Assembly: GCA_012799135.1 (NCBI GenBank)
Contig: JAAZLW010000066.1
Coordinates: 1 to 58,587, forward strand
DNA from: Bacillota bacterium
Lineage (GTDB): Bacteria > Bacillota > Limnochordia > DTU087
Length of the DNA: 58,587 nt
Direction of reading: 5' to 3'
Positions within the stretch are counted from its first letter, which is position 1. Each line of letters opens with the position of its first letter. The notes under the pieces are model-generated. The model saw nothing but the letters and a program-made list of their open reading frames with translations. It did not search any database and was not told where the DNA came from. The position numbers and the translations under genes are program-made. Shown piece by piece: positions 1-8,860 of the stretch.

Positions 1-2
1 AG

Positions 3-974
3 CTGATGACCGCCATCTTTGACCTGGACAAGAACATCATGGCTCAACGCTATAGCCATCTAGATACAGATCTCCCAGATAATGTCGTTGAGATGATTGG
101 CTCATCTTTTGAGGAGCTTATTGAAGAGACAAGAATGAACCCTGATGCCATTCTTTGGTGTGGAGTAGCTTGCCCTGGCCTTGTTTCATCCCATAGGGGC
201 GTTGTGGAGAGGTCCTCTAATTTGGGCTGGATAAAAGTGCCACTGAGTGCATTGATCTCAAAGCGCTTAGGCGGCTTACCGGTACATGTAGAAAATATAT
301 CCAACGCGGCTGCTTTGGCGGAAAAGGAGTATGGCTTAGGCCGGGGTCATAAGCACTTAGTCTTTATTAACCTATCAGTCGGTATTGGAGCAGGCATTCT
401 GGCTGATGGCGAGATCTATGGTGGAGTCAAGGGCTTTGCCGGCGAAATCGGGCATATGACCTTACTTACCGAGAATGGCCCGCTTTGTGCCTGTGGCCGG
501 CGGGGCTGCTTTGAAGCAGTTTGTGGTGTGAGGGCTGTTGTCGAAAGGGCGAAAGCTACAATCCCGGCAGAGACCTTTGCCGAGTATGGTATTTCCAAAG
601 ATGAATTGACCTTAGCGGATCTAGCTTTTTCCCCTTTGGCTAATTGTACCGAGGCCCAAAGGTTAATTGGGGAAGTAGGGCGCTTTATCGGCATCTTGGT
701 AGCCAATGTGGTCAACCTTCTCAACCCTGAAACCATTATTCTAGGTGGAGAACTATCGAATCTCGGTGACCGCCTGCTGCAGGCAGTCAAGGCAGAGGTG
801 GAAGCCCGTACTCTGGAAGAAATCCAAAAGACAGTGAGTATTCAGATCTCTAACATAAAAGGGAGTGCTCCTTTGATGGGAGCTTATGCCCTGGCACTGG
901 AAAGGATATTCTCCTTGGAGGAATGGGACGGTCAGCGGGTACAAGCGAATTGGGAGTATCAGATTAGCGGTTGA
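3..974 (+). CDS. ROK family transcriptional regulator (XylR/NagC-like), 5'-partial
   Basis: ROK signatures GIGAGILADGEIYGGVKGFAGEIGH and CACGRRGCFE. The frame is open to the window edge, so the N-terminal HTH lies upstream. Confidence 0.88.
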   Translation: MMTAIFDLDKNIMAQRYSHLDTDLPDNVVEMIGSSFEELIEETRMNPDAILWCGVACPGLVSSHRGVVERSSNLGWIKVPLSALISKRLGGLPVHVENISNAAALAEKEYGLGRGHKHLVFINLSVGIGAGILADGEIYGGVKGFAGEIGHMTLLTENGPLCACGRRGCFEAVCGVRAVVERAKATIPAETFAEYGISKDELTLADLAFSPLANCTEAQRLIGEVGRFIGILVANVVNLLNPETIILGGELSNLGDRLLQAVKAEVEARTLEEIQKTVSIQISNIKGSAPLMGAYALALERIFSLEEWDGQRVQANWEYQISG

Positions 975-1022
975 GGATCAGGTCTTCATCATAAGGGGAG
1001 AGAAGGGGCTAATTCAATCCAG

Positions 1023-1063
1023 AGGTCAGGTATCTCTTCTGAGGGAGACCTGGCCTTTTCTTT
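1023..1063 (+). terminator. Probable intrinsic terminator after the ROK gene
   Basis: Stem aggtcaggt...acctggcct followed by tttcttt. Confidence 0.5.
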
Positions 1064-1151
1064 GGACAAAATCGCCAGGGATGTCTCCATGCCTTACGCT
1101 TTTCGAGAACTGACCTGAGCTATGTAGACGTAAGCGAAAAGTCGCGATAGA

Positions 1152-1176
1152 AGGGAACCGGGCGAATTGGGCGAAT
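1152..1176 (+). promoter_or_regulatory. sigma-H-like promoter for the ABC operon
   Basis: AGGG-N17-GAAT about 35 nt upstream of the SBP start. Confidence 0.4.
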
Positions 1177-1210
1177 CAGTTACTAAGACCAAATATGGGG
1201 AGGGGTTGTG

Positions 1211-2560
1211 ATGAAAAAACGCAAGTGGGTGTTGGCTCTATTAGTTGTCTGTGTTCTCGTTCTGCCGGTTGCACAAGCCTCAGCTGCTAAGAAGATCACG
1301 ATCACCTGGTGGCTAAATCCATGGCGCATTGAACCACCGGGGTTTCCGGAAGGACAAGCAGTAACGGCCGAGGACTACCCCCAATGGGTGAAGCAAGAGT
1401 TTGAGAAGCTGTACCCCAATGTAGAAGTCAAGTACGAGGTCGTGACCAATGCCGGGTATGAGCAGAAGATATCGGCTGCCATCTTGGCGGGTAATCCACC
1501 GGACGTCCTCCGCGACTATTCGTTCAAGAAAGCTTGGGCCATTCATGGTCTTTTGGAGCCGGTCGATGATTATGTTACCCCAGAAGATATTGCTGACTGG
1601 TATCCGGATGCCTGGAACAAGGCCCTAATCAACGGCAAGCATTACTTATTCCCGTGGAGCTATGGCACCAATGGCATGGGTTCCACTATGTTACTCAACC
1701 CCAAGATCTTTGCTGAGCGTGGTATAGAACTACCGGCATTGCCGTATCGCTCATGGACACTTGATGAGTTTTTGAGTGTAGCTAAGAAACTGTCTTGGGA
1801 CGATGACGGGGATGGCGTGAATGATCACTATGCCTTAGGCCTGGGAGCCCAAGACTCAGAGAACAATCCCGTATGGTTGTACATGCATGGAGCCCGCATG
1901 TTCAACGAAGATGAGACTGAGGTGATTATCGATTCTCCTGCAGGCATTCAGGGTTTGCAGTTCATGGTTGACATGATCTATGAGCACAAGATTGCACCCC
2001 CTGGTGCCGAAGGAATGGGTATCTATGACATCATTAACCTATTCCACAGCAAGAAGACAGCCATGGGCTATGGAGGCCCCTATGAGATCGGACGCATCTA
2101 CCGATATGTAAATGAAGGCAAATTGGATGAGCCTTTTGAGGTCAAGATAGCGCAGTTTCCTCACATACCTGAAATTGGTCCAGTGGCTTATCATGCCAGT
2201 GGTGGTTTCATGGTGTTTAAGCAGCGGGATTCGGAAAAGAAGAAGATGGTCATGGAGTTCTGCCGGTTCTTGACCAATCCTGAGAATACTCGCTTGCTCA
2301 AGTCCCTGCTGTATATTACGGCACGGGATTCTGTTAACCAAGATCTCTACGTAGATAGCGTTTTTGCTGATGAGGTCTCAATCTATGCCAATGCCATCCA
2401 AAACGGCCATCAGTACTACGGGAGTCTGGATGTGGACTTTACTCCTGCCCGTAAGTTTTGGCAGGCTGCCTTTGAGGCGGCGTTTACCAGGGACAAGACT
2501 CCGAAGGAGGCCCTGACCGAGTTCGCGCAAGAGGCCAACAAGGTATTGTTCAAGAAATAG
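1211..2560 (+). CDS. Carbohydrate ABC transporter substrate-binding protein (CUT1 type)
   Basis: Signal peptide (KKRK, hydrophobic core, ASA), AGNPPDV motif, DDDGDG Ca-loop. Precedes two permeases. GGAGG RBS at 1199. Confidence 0.9.
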   Translation: MKKRKWVLALLVVCVLVLPVAQASAAKKITITWWLNPWRIEPPGFPEGQAVTAEDYPQWVKQEFEKLYPNVEVKYEVVTNAGYEQKISAAILAGNPPDVLRDYSFKKAWAIHGLLEPVDDYVTPEDIADWYPDAWNKALINGKHYLFPWSYGTNGMGSTMLLNPKIFAERGIELPALPYRSWTLDEFLSVAKKLSWDDDGDGVNDHYALGLGAQDSENNPVWLYMHGARMFNEDETEVIIDSPAGIQGLQFMVDMIYEHKIAPPGAEGMGIYDIINLFHSKKTAMGYGGPYEIGRIYRYVNEGKLDEPFEVKIAQFPHIPEIGPVAYHASGGFMVFKQRDSEKKKMVMEFCRFLTNPENTRLLKSLLYITARDSVNQDLYVDSVFADEVSIYANAIQNGHQYYGSLDVDFTPARKFWQAAFEAAFTRDKTPKEALTEFAQEANKVLFKK

Positions 2561-2593
2561 TAGGGGCTTTCGAAAAACAGGTAGATGGTGCAA

Positions 2594-2624
2594 AGGGCGG
2601 GGCTGCTTTGCAGTGTCCCGCCCT
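2594..2624 (+). promoter_or_regulatory. Intercistronic stem-loop after the SBP gene (mRNA stabiliser or attenuator)
   Basis: GC-rich hairpin agggcggggc...gtcccgccct with no U-tract, a usual position in ABC operons. Confidence 0.5.
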
Positions 2625-2659
2625 GCTGCAATATGGATCAGGAGGTCATTGCCAAGACC

Positions 2660-3541
2660 ATGGCTAGTGTGTGGGCAAGAATCAAGAAAGACAGATGGGC
2701 TTATATTTTCCTTCTCCCGAGTTTTGCCTTCTTCGCAACCTTCTTTCTTTTTCCGGTCATCTGGTCGATCGTTCTTAGCTTCCTGGACTATCAGGTTTGG
2801 GGAGCTAGTTTTGCTGGACTAGACAACTATAGAGAGATCATGACAGACCGCATTTTCTGGATATCACTTCGCAACAATTTCCTTTATGCGCTAGGGGTTG
2901 TACCGCTTTGGTTGGGTAAAGCTTTACTCATTTCCGCCTTGATTTTTCCGTTTCGCAAATCGATTCAAACATTTTTCAAAGCGGCTTTCTACCTGCCACA
3001 TGTGACGTCATCAGTGATTATTTCCATGATCTGGCTTTGGATTTACAATCCTCCGTTTGGACTTTTGAACTACATAGTGTCCCTATTTGGCAGGGAAGGC
3101 ATTGCCTGGTTGGGAAACACGAAGACAGCTTTACCTGCCCTAGTAGCTCAGACGGTGATTATGGGGGGCGGCTCATCTATTGTTCTCATCTCTGCCGCCA
3201 TGAATGGCATCCCAACCCACCTTTACGAAGCAGCGGAGTTAGATGGGGCCTCGAAGCTGGTTACATATCTGTGGATTACATTGCCACTACTCAAGCCGAC
3301 GATTTTGTACCTCATGGTTATGGGCACCATCTCTTCCTTTCAGGTCTTTACCCAAGTCTATATGATGACCAAGGGAGGACCCCAGTTCGCTACTACTACT
3401 ATCGTATATCTCATCTTTGAAAAGGCTTTTCTCAATTTCCAGTTCGGGCCGGCTTCGGCTATGGCAGTTGTCTTGTTTGGCATTATTTTCTGTTTTGCCC
3501 TGATTCAGTTTAAGTGGCTAGGTGAAGAGATTGAGTATTAG
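2660..3541 (+). CDS. Carbohydrate ABC transporter permease (MalF/UgpA-like)
   Basis: Six TM segments and EAA loop LYEAAELDGAS. Start uncertain (2585, 2633 or 2660). Confidence 0.9.
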   Translation: MASVWARIKKDRWAYIFLLPSFAFFATFFLFPVIWSIVLSFLDYQVWGASFAGLDNYREIMTDRIFWISLRNNFLYALGVVPLWLGKALLISALIFPFRKSIQTFFKAAFYLPHVTSSVIISMIWLWIYNPPFGLLNYIVSLFGREGIAWLGNTKTALPALVAQTVIMGGGSSIVLISAAMNGIPTHLYEAAELDGASKLVTYLWITLPLLKPTILYLMVMGTISSFQVFTQVYMMTKGGPQFATTTIVYLIFEKAFLNFQFGPASAMAVVLFGIIFCFALIQFKWLGEEIEY

Positions 3542-3598
3542 GGAGGTGCAGGGCCACTTCTTCTCCACCGGATGTGGAGCCCGTGTGGTCTGGTTTCG

Positions 3599-4426
3599 AT
3601 GAAAAGAGGCATAGCATTGCGTAAGGCGGTCACTTTCGTGATCTTGCTAATCCTGGCATTAGCCGCCATCATACCCCTTTATTGGATGGTGGTAACGGCT
3701 ATTCAGAGGCCGACTTTGACCATGCAGTTTCCTCCGGAATGGATTCCAGCAGACCCTACCTTGGATAATTTCCGGCGCTTTTTCGAAAGACCATACGTTT
3801 GGGACTGGACGATCAATAGTATTATAGTGGCAGTGACAGTCACCACTTTGCAGATCTTTGCATCAGCTTTAGCAGGCTATACCTTTGCCAAGAAGCGATT
3901 TCTTGGGTCACAAGTACTGTTTTGGCTCTATGTCGGGTCAATGATGGTGCCCGATCAGGTGACATTGGTGCCCTTGTACTTACTTATGAGTAAGCTGGGT
4001 TTCTTGGATTCATTTAAAGGGCTGATTCTACCGGGATTGGCGGGGCCCTTCGGTGTTTTTCTCATGAAACAGTATATCAGCACTTTGCCCTCGGAACTGA
4101 TCGATGCTGCCAAGATCGATGGGTGCAGTGAGTGGGGCATTTTCCAGAAGGTGGTCTTGCCACTATCCAAACCCGGTCTGGCTGTCTTGGCCATCTTTAC
4201 TTTTGTTGGGCAATGGAATTCTTTCACCTGGCCATTGATTGTCACCAGTAGCTCTAACATGCGTACTCTGCCCGTAGGTCTGGCACTCTTGCAGGAAGAG
4301 GTGCCAATGCAGTTTGCTCTACTCATGGCAGGGGCTACCTATGCTGCTATCCCGATGTTGATCGTATTTCTCTCGTTCCAACGCTATTTCTTGGAAGGGG
4401 TAACTGTAGGCGCATTGAAAGGTTAG
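3599..4426 (+). CDS. Carbohydrate ABC transporter permease (MalG/UgpE-like)
   Basis: ELIDAAKIDGCS EAA loop, WNSFTWP, C-terminal FQRYFLEGVTVGALKG. Confidence 0.9.
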   Translation: MKRGIALRKAVTFVILLILALAAIIPLYWMVVTAIQRPTLTMQFPPEWIPADPTLDNFRRFFERPYVWDWTINSIIVAVTVTTLQIFASALAGYTFAKKRFLGSQVLFWLYVGSMMVPDQVTLVPLYLLMSKLGFLDSFKGLILPGLAGPFGVFLMKQYISTLPSELIDAAKIDGCSEWGIFQKVVLPLSKPGLAVLAIFTFVGQWNSFTWPLIVTSSSNMRTLPVGLALLQEEVPMQFALLMAGATYAAIPMLIVFLSFQRYFLEGVTVGALKG

Positions 4427-4469
4427 AAGGTATAGGATTGCTCTACCATGATTGGAAAGGTGGATTTTC

Positions 4470-5285
4470 TTGTTGATTACATTTGATCTGGACGGCGTCT
4501 TGCAGGTTAACCCCTTCCGTCGGGGCGTATTCCCGGAGGTCTGTGGCAAGATTGGAGAGACCTTGGTGGAAGAAAGCGGGCAAGAACCCAGGACCGCATC
4601 CAAGCGAGTGATGAAGATGATCCGGGAAGAATCAAGGCGACGTCTTCTGGCCGGCGCCTATGTCGATGCTTATGATTGGGATGATATCATTCTTACTGTA
4701 GCTAAGGCGGTGGAAAGCCCTGCTCGTTTTGATATCGAGCAGTCAGTGATCAAATACTGCACACCAGAATATATCTCTTCTTACCCATATGCAGCTAGTA
4801 CCCTAGCGGAACTGTCCTCTCGGGGCATACGACTAGCGGTTGTCACCAATGGCTTTTATAAGTATCAAAATCCTGTGATGACGGGTCTGGGGTTAAGACA
4901 TTTCTTCGATGATTTTATTACCCCAGAGATGATCGGTACCGTCAAGCCCTATGCTGCGATCTACCAAGCAGCGGTCAAAGGAGAGCCTAGCGTGTGTCTA
5001 CATGTGGGTGACACAATCATCCACGATGTTTGGGGTGCAGACCAGGCCGGCTTTGAGCCGGTATGGGTAGTGCGGGATTTGGCCGGTGATCTGGCTGATC
5101 TCAAGCCTTGGGAGAGGCCTACTCGACCAGAGGTAGAGGTTCTTATGAGAAAGGCTTTCGACTCAGATTCCTGCCCGGAGGCATATCCAGAGGCTAGGGT
5201 CGAAGATTGCCGAGCAGCTTATATAATCAAAGATCTTTCTGAGCTCCTAGCTGTGGTTGAATACGCTCAGCGTAAGGTGGCGTAG
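4470..5285 (+). CDS. HAD-superfamily hydrolase (phosphatase)
   Basis: Motif I FDLDGVL, motif II VVTNG, motif III K(P), motif IV HVGDTIIHD. TTG start after AAGGTGG. Confidence 0.85.
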   Translation: MLITFDLDGVLQVNPFRRGVFPEVCGKIGETLVEESGQEPRTASKRVMKMIREESRRRLLAGAYVDAYDWDDIILTVAKAVESPARFDIEQSVIKYCTPEYISSYPYAASTLAELSSRGIRLAVVTNGFYKYQNPVMTGLGLRHFFDDFITPEMIGTVKPYAAIYQAAVKGEPSVCLHVGDTIIHDVWGADQAGFEPVWVVRDLAGDLADLKPWERPTRPEVEVLMRKAFDSDSCPEAYPEARVEDCRAAYIIKDLSELLAVVEYAQRKVA

Positions 5286-5355
5286 TCCTGGAAGGTGCGA
5301 ACTAGTCGTTTCTCTTGGTGGGAGGCAGGATGACTGAGACTGGGGGCAGCAATAC

Positions 5356-6423
5356 ATGTTAGTGCGAACGTTAGGGTTGGTTAAGCGATTCGTCGACGAG
5401 AGAAATACATCTGGAGCGGTCATGTTAGTTGGCTACAGAGGGAGGATGTATGGGCCATATCCCGTAGGGTCTATGGGTTTCCTCTCTGATTCCAAGCCGG
5501 TTATGGAGGATACCATCTATGACCTCGCCTCTCTGACTAAAGTCGTAGCAACAACCACTGCTGCATTACTACTGCTAGAGGATGGGGTCATGTCTCTTAA
5601 ACACACAGTGGGCTCTTTTTATGCGAAAGCTCCCCCCGATAAGGCGGAGATCACCCTCGAGCAGCTTTTAACCCATACTGCTGGGATACCCCAGATCGAG
5701 CTGTATCGGGAGCTAAGTGATCCCGATACAGCTATCGAACACATCCTCCATACCGAGCTCGCCTTTAAGCCCGGTACCCAGGTTCTGTATTCATGTCTTC
5801 ATTTTATCTTGCTGGGCAAGATCTTGGAACTGTGCGCTTCCGAGACTCTCGATGTTTTCGTTACTCGCCACATTTTCGAGCCCTTAGGCATGTATGATAC
5901 TTGTTTCAATCCGCCGAAGGGGATCCATGATCGGATTGCTTATACCGAGTGGTGTGATATGGAGAAGGCCTTTATTCGGGGTAAGGTACATGATGAGAAC
6001 AGTCGGTTTTTAGGTGGAGTCAGTGGTAATGCAGGACTCTTTTCCACCGCTGCCGATCTGGGGGTTTTTGCCACCATGCTCTTGCAGCAAGGAGCCCATA
6101 GTAAGCGACAAGTACTACATCCCCGTACCGTTAGGTTGCTGAATACAAATCGTACCCCGGGGCTAAATGAGAGTAGGAGCATTGGCTGGATGATGAAAGG
6201 CAATGGTTTTTGCTCAGGCGGTGATCTGATTTCCAATCGGGCCTTTGGGCATACCGGATTTACCGGGACATCGCTTTGGATTGATCCAGAGCTGCGGGCG
6301 TTCTTTGTATTGCTGACTAACAGAGTTCACCCCACCAGGAATAACGATGAGATCATCAGATTTAGGCCTGTCTTTCATAACGCGGCTATTGCGGAGTTGG
6401 GGGAGCCTATCCTGGGTAAATGA
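5356..6423 (+). CDS. Serine hydrolase, beta-lactamase class C/AmiE-like family
   Basis: SxxK (LASLTK), LLTHTAG, YSC, GVSGNAGLFST and GHTGFTG. No signal peptide. Confidence 0.88.
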   Translation: MLVRTLGLVKRFVDERNTSGAVMLVGYRGRMYGPYPVGSMGFLSDSKPVMEDTIYDLASLTKVVATTTAALLLLEDGVMSLKHTVGSFYAKAPPDKAEITLEQLLTHTAGIPQIELYRELSDPDTAIEHILHTELAFKPGTQVLYSCLHFILLGKILELCASETLDVFVTRHIFEPLGMYDTCFNPPKGIHDRIAYTEWCDMEKAFIRGKVHDENSRFLGGVSGNAGLFSTAADLGVFATMLLQQGAHSKRQVLHPRTVRLLNTNRTPGLNESRSIGWMMKGNGFCSGGDLISNRAFGHTGFTGTSLWIDPELRAFFVLLTNRVHPTRNNDEIIRFRPVFHNAAIAELGEPILGK

Positions 6424-6638
6424 CTTCGGTATCTCTGATTAGCTAACGGCCCATAGGGAGAAGGGCATCGATTCTTTTGGGTTAAGCGGCTTCCAGAACA
6501 AGCGCCAGATTACTTAAGCTGGGGTGATGACAGTGAAGCTGTTGCCTATGTTTTTGGCGCAGGATTCCTATGGAGGAATCAGCCAGGCGCACTGGAATGG
6601 TTAGAGGTTAGTTGCTAATACGTCCGAGACCCTGCGGC

Positions 6639-6666
6639 AAAAGGGGCTACCTTCTAGGTAGCCCCC
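6639..6666 (-). terminator. Intrinsic terminator for the minus-strand ABC operon
   Basis: Perfect stem ggggctacct-tct-aggtagcccc, with a U-tract on the minus strand (aaaa at 6639-6642). Confidence 0.75.
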
Positions 6667-6696
6667 ACAGCAGCAATTCAGCATATTCGCTTCTTT

Positions 6697-7677
6697 TTAT
6701 TTTACATAAAACGCGTCTACATTATCCTTGGTCACTATGTTGGTGCCGGTATCGACTACACCGGGTAAGGGATTAATCCCCTTGGTCTGCCAGCCTTCCA
6801 CTGGCTTAATCAGGTCATGCCTGACACTGTATAGCATCAGCATGGACCAGTAGCCCATGTTCCAGGTTCCTTGGGCGATGGAGGCATCGATGATGCCTTC
6901 TTTGATGAGATCTAGTGTGCCCTGATCTGTGTCGAAGCTGACGATCCTGACTATACCGGCTTTGCCGGCCTCCCTTACTGAAGTGGCAGCACCGACTCCG
7001 CCCAGGGCATCTGTACAGAAGATGCCGCTTAAAGTGGGATGGGCCTGCAGGAAGCCAGCTACTAAGGTGGCGGCAATGGTTTGGTCGTTGTTGTCATTTC
7101 CGACGGCAACCACCTTGACATCGGGATGTTCCCTGGCTAGTGTCTCTGTGAACCCGGCTTTTCTCTCTTCGTGGTTCAGCTGACCGGTCACGGTGGAGAT
7201 GGCTACTTCACCTTTGCCTCCGATCAGTCTAGCCAGATAGCGGGCGGCCATGGCGCCTGCATTGTAGTTACCTGTTCCTAGATAGCAATAGCGCTGACTC
7301 AAAGGTGAGTCTGCATCAAAGGTAACGACGGGGATCCCGGCTTCGATGGCCTTATCGATGGGAGCTCTTAACCCATCGGGGTTGGCACAGGTTACGGCGA
7401 TGCCCGCCGGACTCTTGGCAATAACCTGCTCCAGTACTGTAACCTGTTGATTTACGTCAGCTTGGGGCGCACCTGTATAGATCGCCTTTACCCCCAACAG
7501 CTTTGCAGCATCTTCCATTCCGGCAAAACAGCCTTTCCAATACTCTATACCGGAGACAAAGGTAACCATATAATACTCTTCTTTTGGATCACCAACAAAG
7601 GGGTTACCCGCTCCTAAGGCCGAGCTAGAAAAGGCTAGCACTAACAGCACAGCTACTACCAGAAAGCGTTTCGTCAC
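6697..7677 (-). CDS. Monosaccharide ABC transporter substrate-binding protein (RbsB-like, CUT2)
   Basis: Signal peptide, GIPVVTFDAD, GTGNYNAG, IVSFD. GTG start 8 nt after GGAGG. Confidence 0.9.
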   Translation of the reverse strand: MTKRFLVVAVLLVLAFSSSALGAGNPFVGDPKEEYYMVTFVSGIEYWKGCFAGMEDAAKLLGVKAIYTGAPQADVNQQVTVLEQVIAKSPAGIAVTCANPDGLRAPIDKAIEAGIPVVTFDADSPLSQRYCYLGTGNYNAGAMAARYLARLIGGKGEVAISTVTGQLNHEERKAGFTETLAREHPDVKVVAVGNDNNDQTIAATLVAGFLQAHPTLSGIFCTDALGGVGAATSVREAGKAGIVRIVSFDTDQGTLDLIKEGIIDASIAQGTWNMGYWSMLMLYSVRHDLIKPVEGWQTKGINPLPGVVDTGTNIVTKDNVDAFYVK

Positions 7678-7825
7678 AGCCAAATCCTCCTTTTGGGTAG
7701 ATCTCCATACCAAGACCGCATTCTGCCAACAGCTGTTCTCGAGTTTTCACCTCCTCAAGCCTGTGATAGATGGCTGTTTTTTGTATCGGTACTACTCTGC
7801 GTGTGCATCGTACTAGACGAACAGA

Positions 7826-8842
7826 CTATTTAGTGAGATAGGCAGATTGATGGGTAAGAAAATCCAACAAGACTGCACTAATCAGGATGATGCCGGTAAT
7901 CAGATCCTGCCAATAGACTGAAACATTGAGCAGGACCAGTGCATTATTTACCAGAGCCAGAAGAATTACTCCTAGTACGGAACCTAAGACAGTCCCTTCA
8001 CCGCCACGCAGGCTGGCACCACCGATGACAGAGGCTGCTATAGCCCGCATCTCTGCGGACATACCGGCATTGGGGGCAGCCACGGTAAACCTGGATAGGG
8101 TGAGTATTCCGGTTATAGCCGCTAGTGTACCTGTTAGGAAAAACACCCCGGTCTTGACTTTGGATACATTGATTCCGGAAAGGGCAGCGGCTTTTTCGTT
8201 GCTTCCCACATAGAAGACTTGACGCATAGCTGCAGACCGGCGCATGGCAAAATCCATAATCACAACGATGACAAGGTAGATTAATACCATCACCGGGAAC
8301 CCTAGGATTCTGCCTCCACCTAGGAACTTAAAGCTCTTAGATATTCCTGCTAGGGATAAGGGTGACCCTTTAGTCAGTACATAGGAGCTGCCTCGGGCAA
8401 TACTCATCATTCCCAGGGTTGTGATAAAGGGATTGAGGCCCACATGGCCGATAAAGTAACCATTGATTAGTCCACATAGCATTCCCACACCTAAAGCAAT
8501 CACGGCTGCCAGCCAGATGTTCATTCCACCCAGGTAGAGGGAGCCGGCGACAACTCCGCTCAGGGCCATGACTGAGCCTACGGAGAGATCAAAGCCGCCA
8601 AGGACCAGAGCTACAGTCATGCCTACAGCGATTATGCCATCAGCAGCCAGGCCAATGGCGGTGGTAGTAATATTAGCCCTGGTTAGGAAATGAGGGGTGA
8701 GAAAACTCAAGATTAGCGAAAAACCAATGATAATAATAAAGAGCGTGAATTCCCGAAAACCAAGTGCCTTAGCCAATAGGCTGCTTGGCCGGGTTAGTTC
8801 TGTCCTCGTCTCTATGGATTGTCCCCCTGAAGCTTGACTCAC
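7826..8842 (-). CDS. Monosaccharide ABC transporter permease (RbsC-like)
   Basis: GGFDLSVGS, PFITTLG, GSNEKAAALSGI, IAASVIGGASLRGG. Confidence 0.92.
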   Translation of the reverse strand: MSQASGGQSIETRTELTRPSSLLAKALGFREFTLFIIIIGFSLILSFLTPHFLTRANITTTAIGLAADGIIAVGMTVALVLGGFDLSVGSVMALSGVVAGSLYLGGMNIWLAAVIALGVGMLCGLINGYFIGHVGLNPFITTLGMMSIARGSSYVLTKGSPLSLAGISKSFKFLGGGRILGFPVMVLIYLVIVVIMDFAMRRSAAMRQVFYVGSNEKAAALSGINVSKVKTGVFFLTGTLAAITGILTLSRFTVAAPNAGMSAEMRAIAASVIGGASLRGGEGTVLGSVLGVILLALVNNALVLLNVSVYWQDLITGIILISAVLLDFLTHQSAYLTK

Positions 8843-8860
8843 TTCTACATCTCCTTTCAT

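Noticed and set aside
1093-1141. Swapped complementary blocks cttacg/cttttcg versus cgtaag/cgaaaag (pseudoknot-like)
   Set aside because: Short, no loop between the stems, and upstream of the likely promoter. Best read as a weak imperfect inverted repeat.
5321-5361. GGAGG plus out-of-frame ATG at 5330 suggesting a frameshifted hydrolase start
   Set aside because: The ORF from 5356 is full length for its family, and the short upstream frame has no similarity I can recognise
5356-6423. Beta-lactam resistance gene
   Set aside because: No signal peptide and located in a sugar ABC operon, so fold-level similarity only
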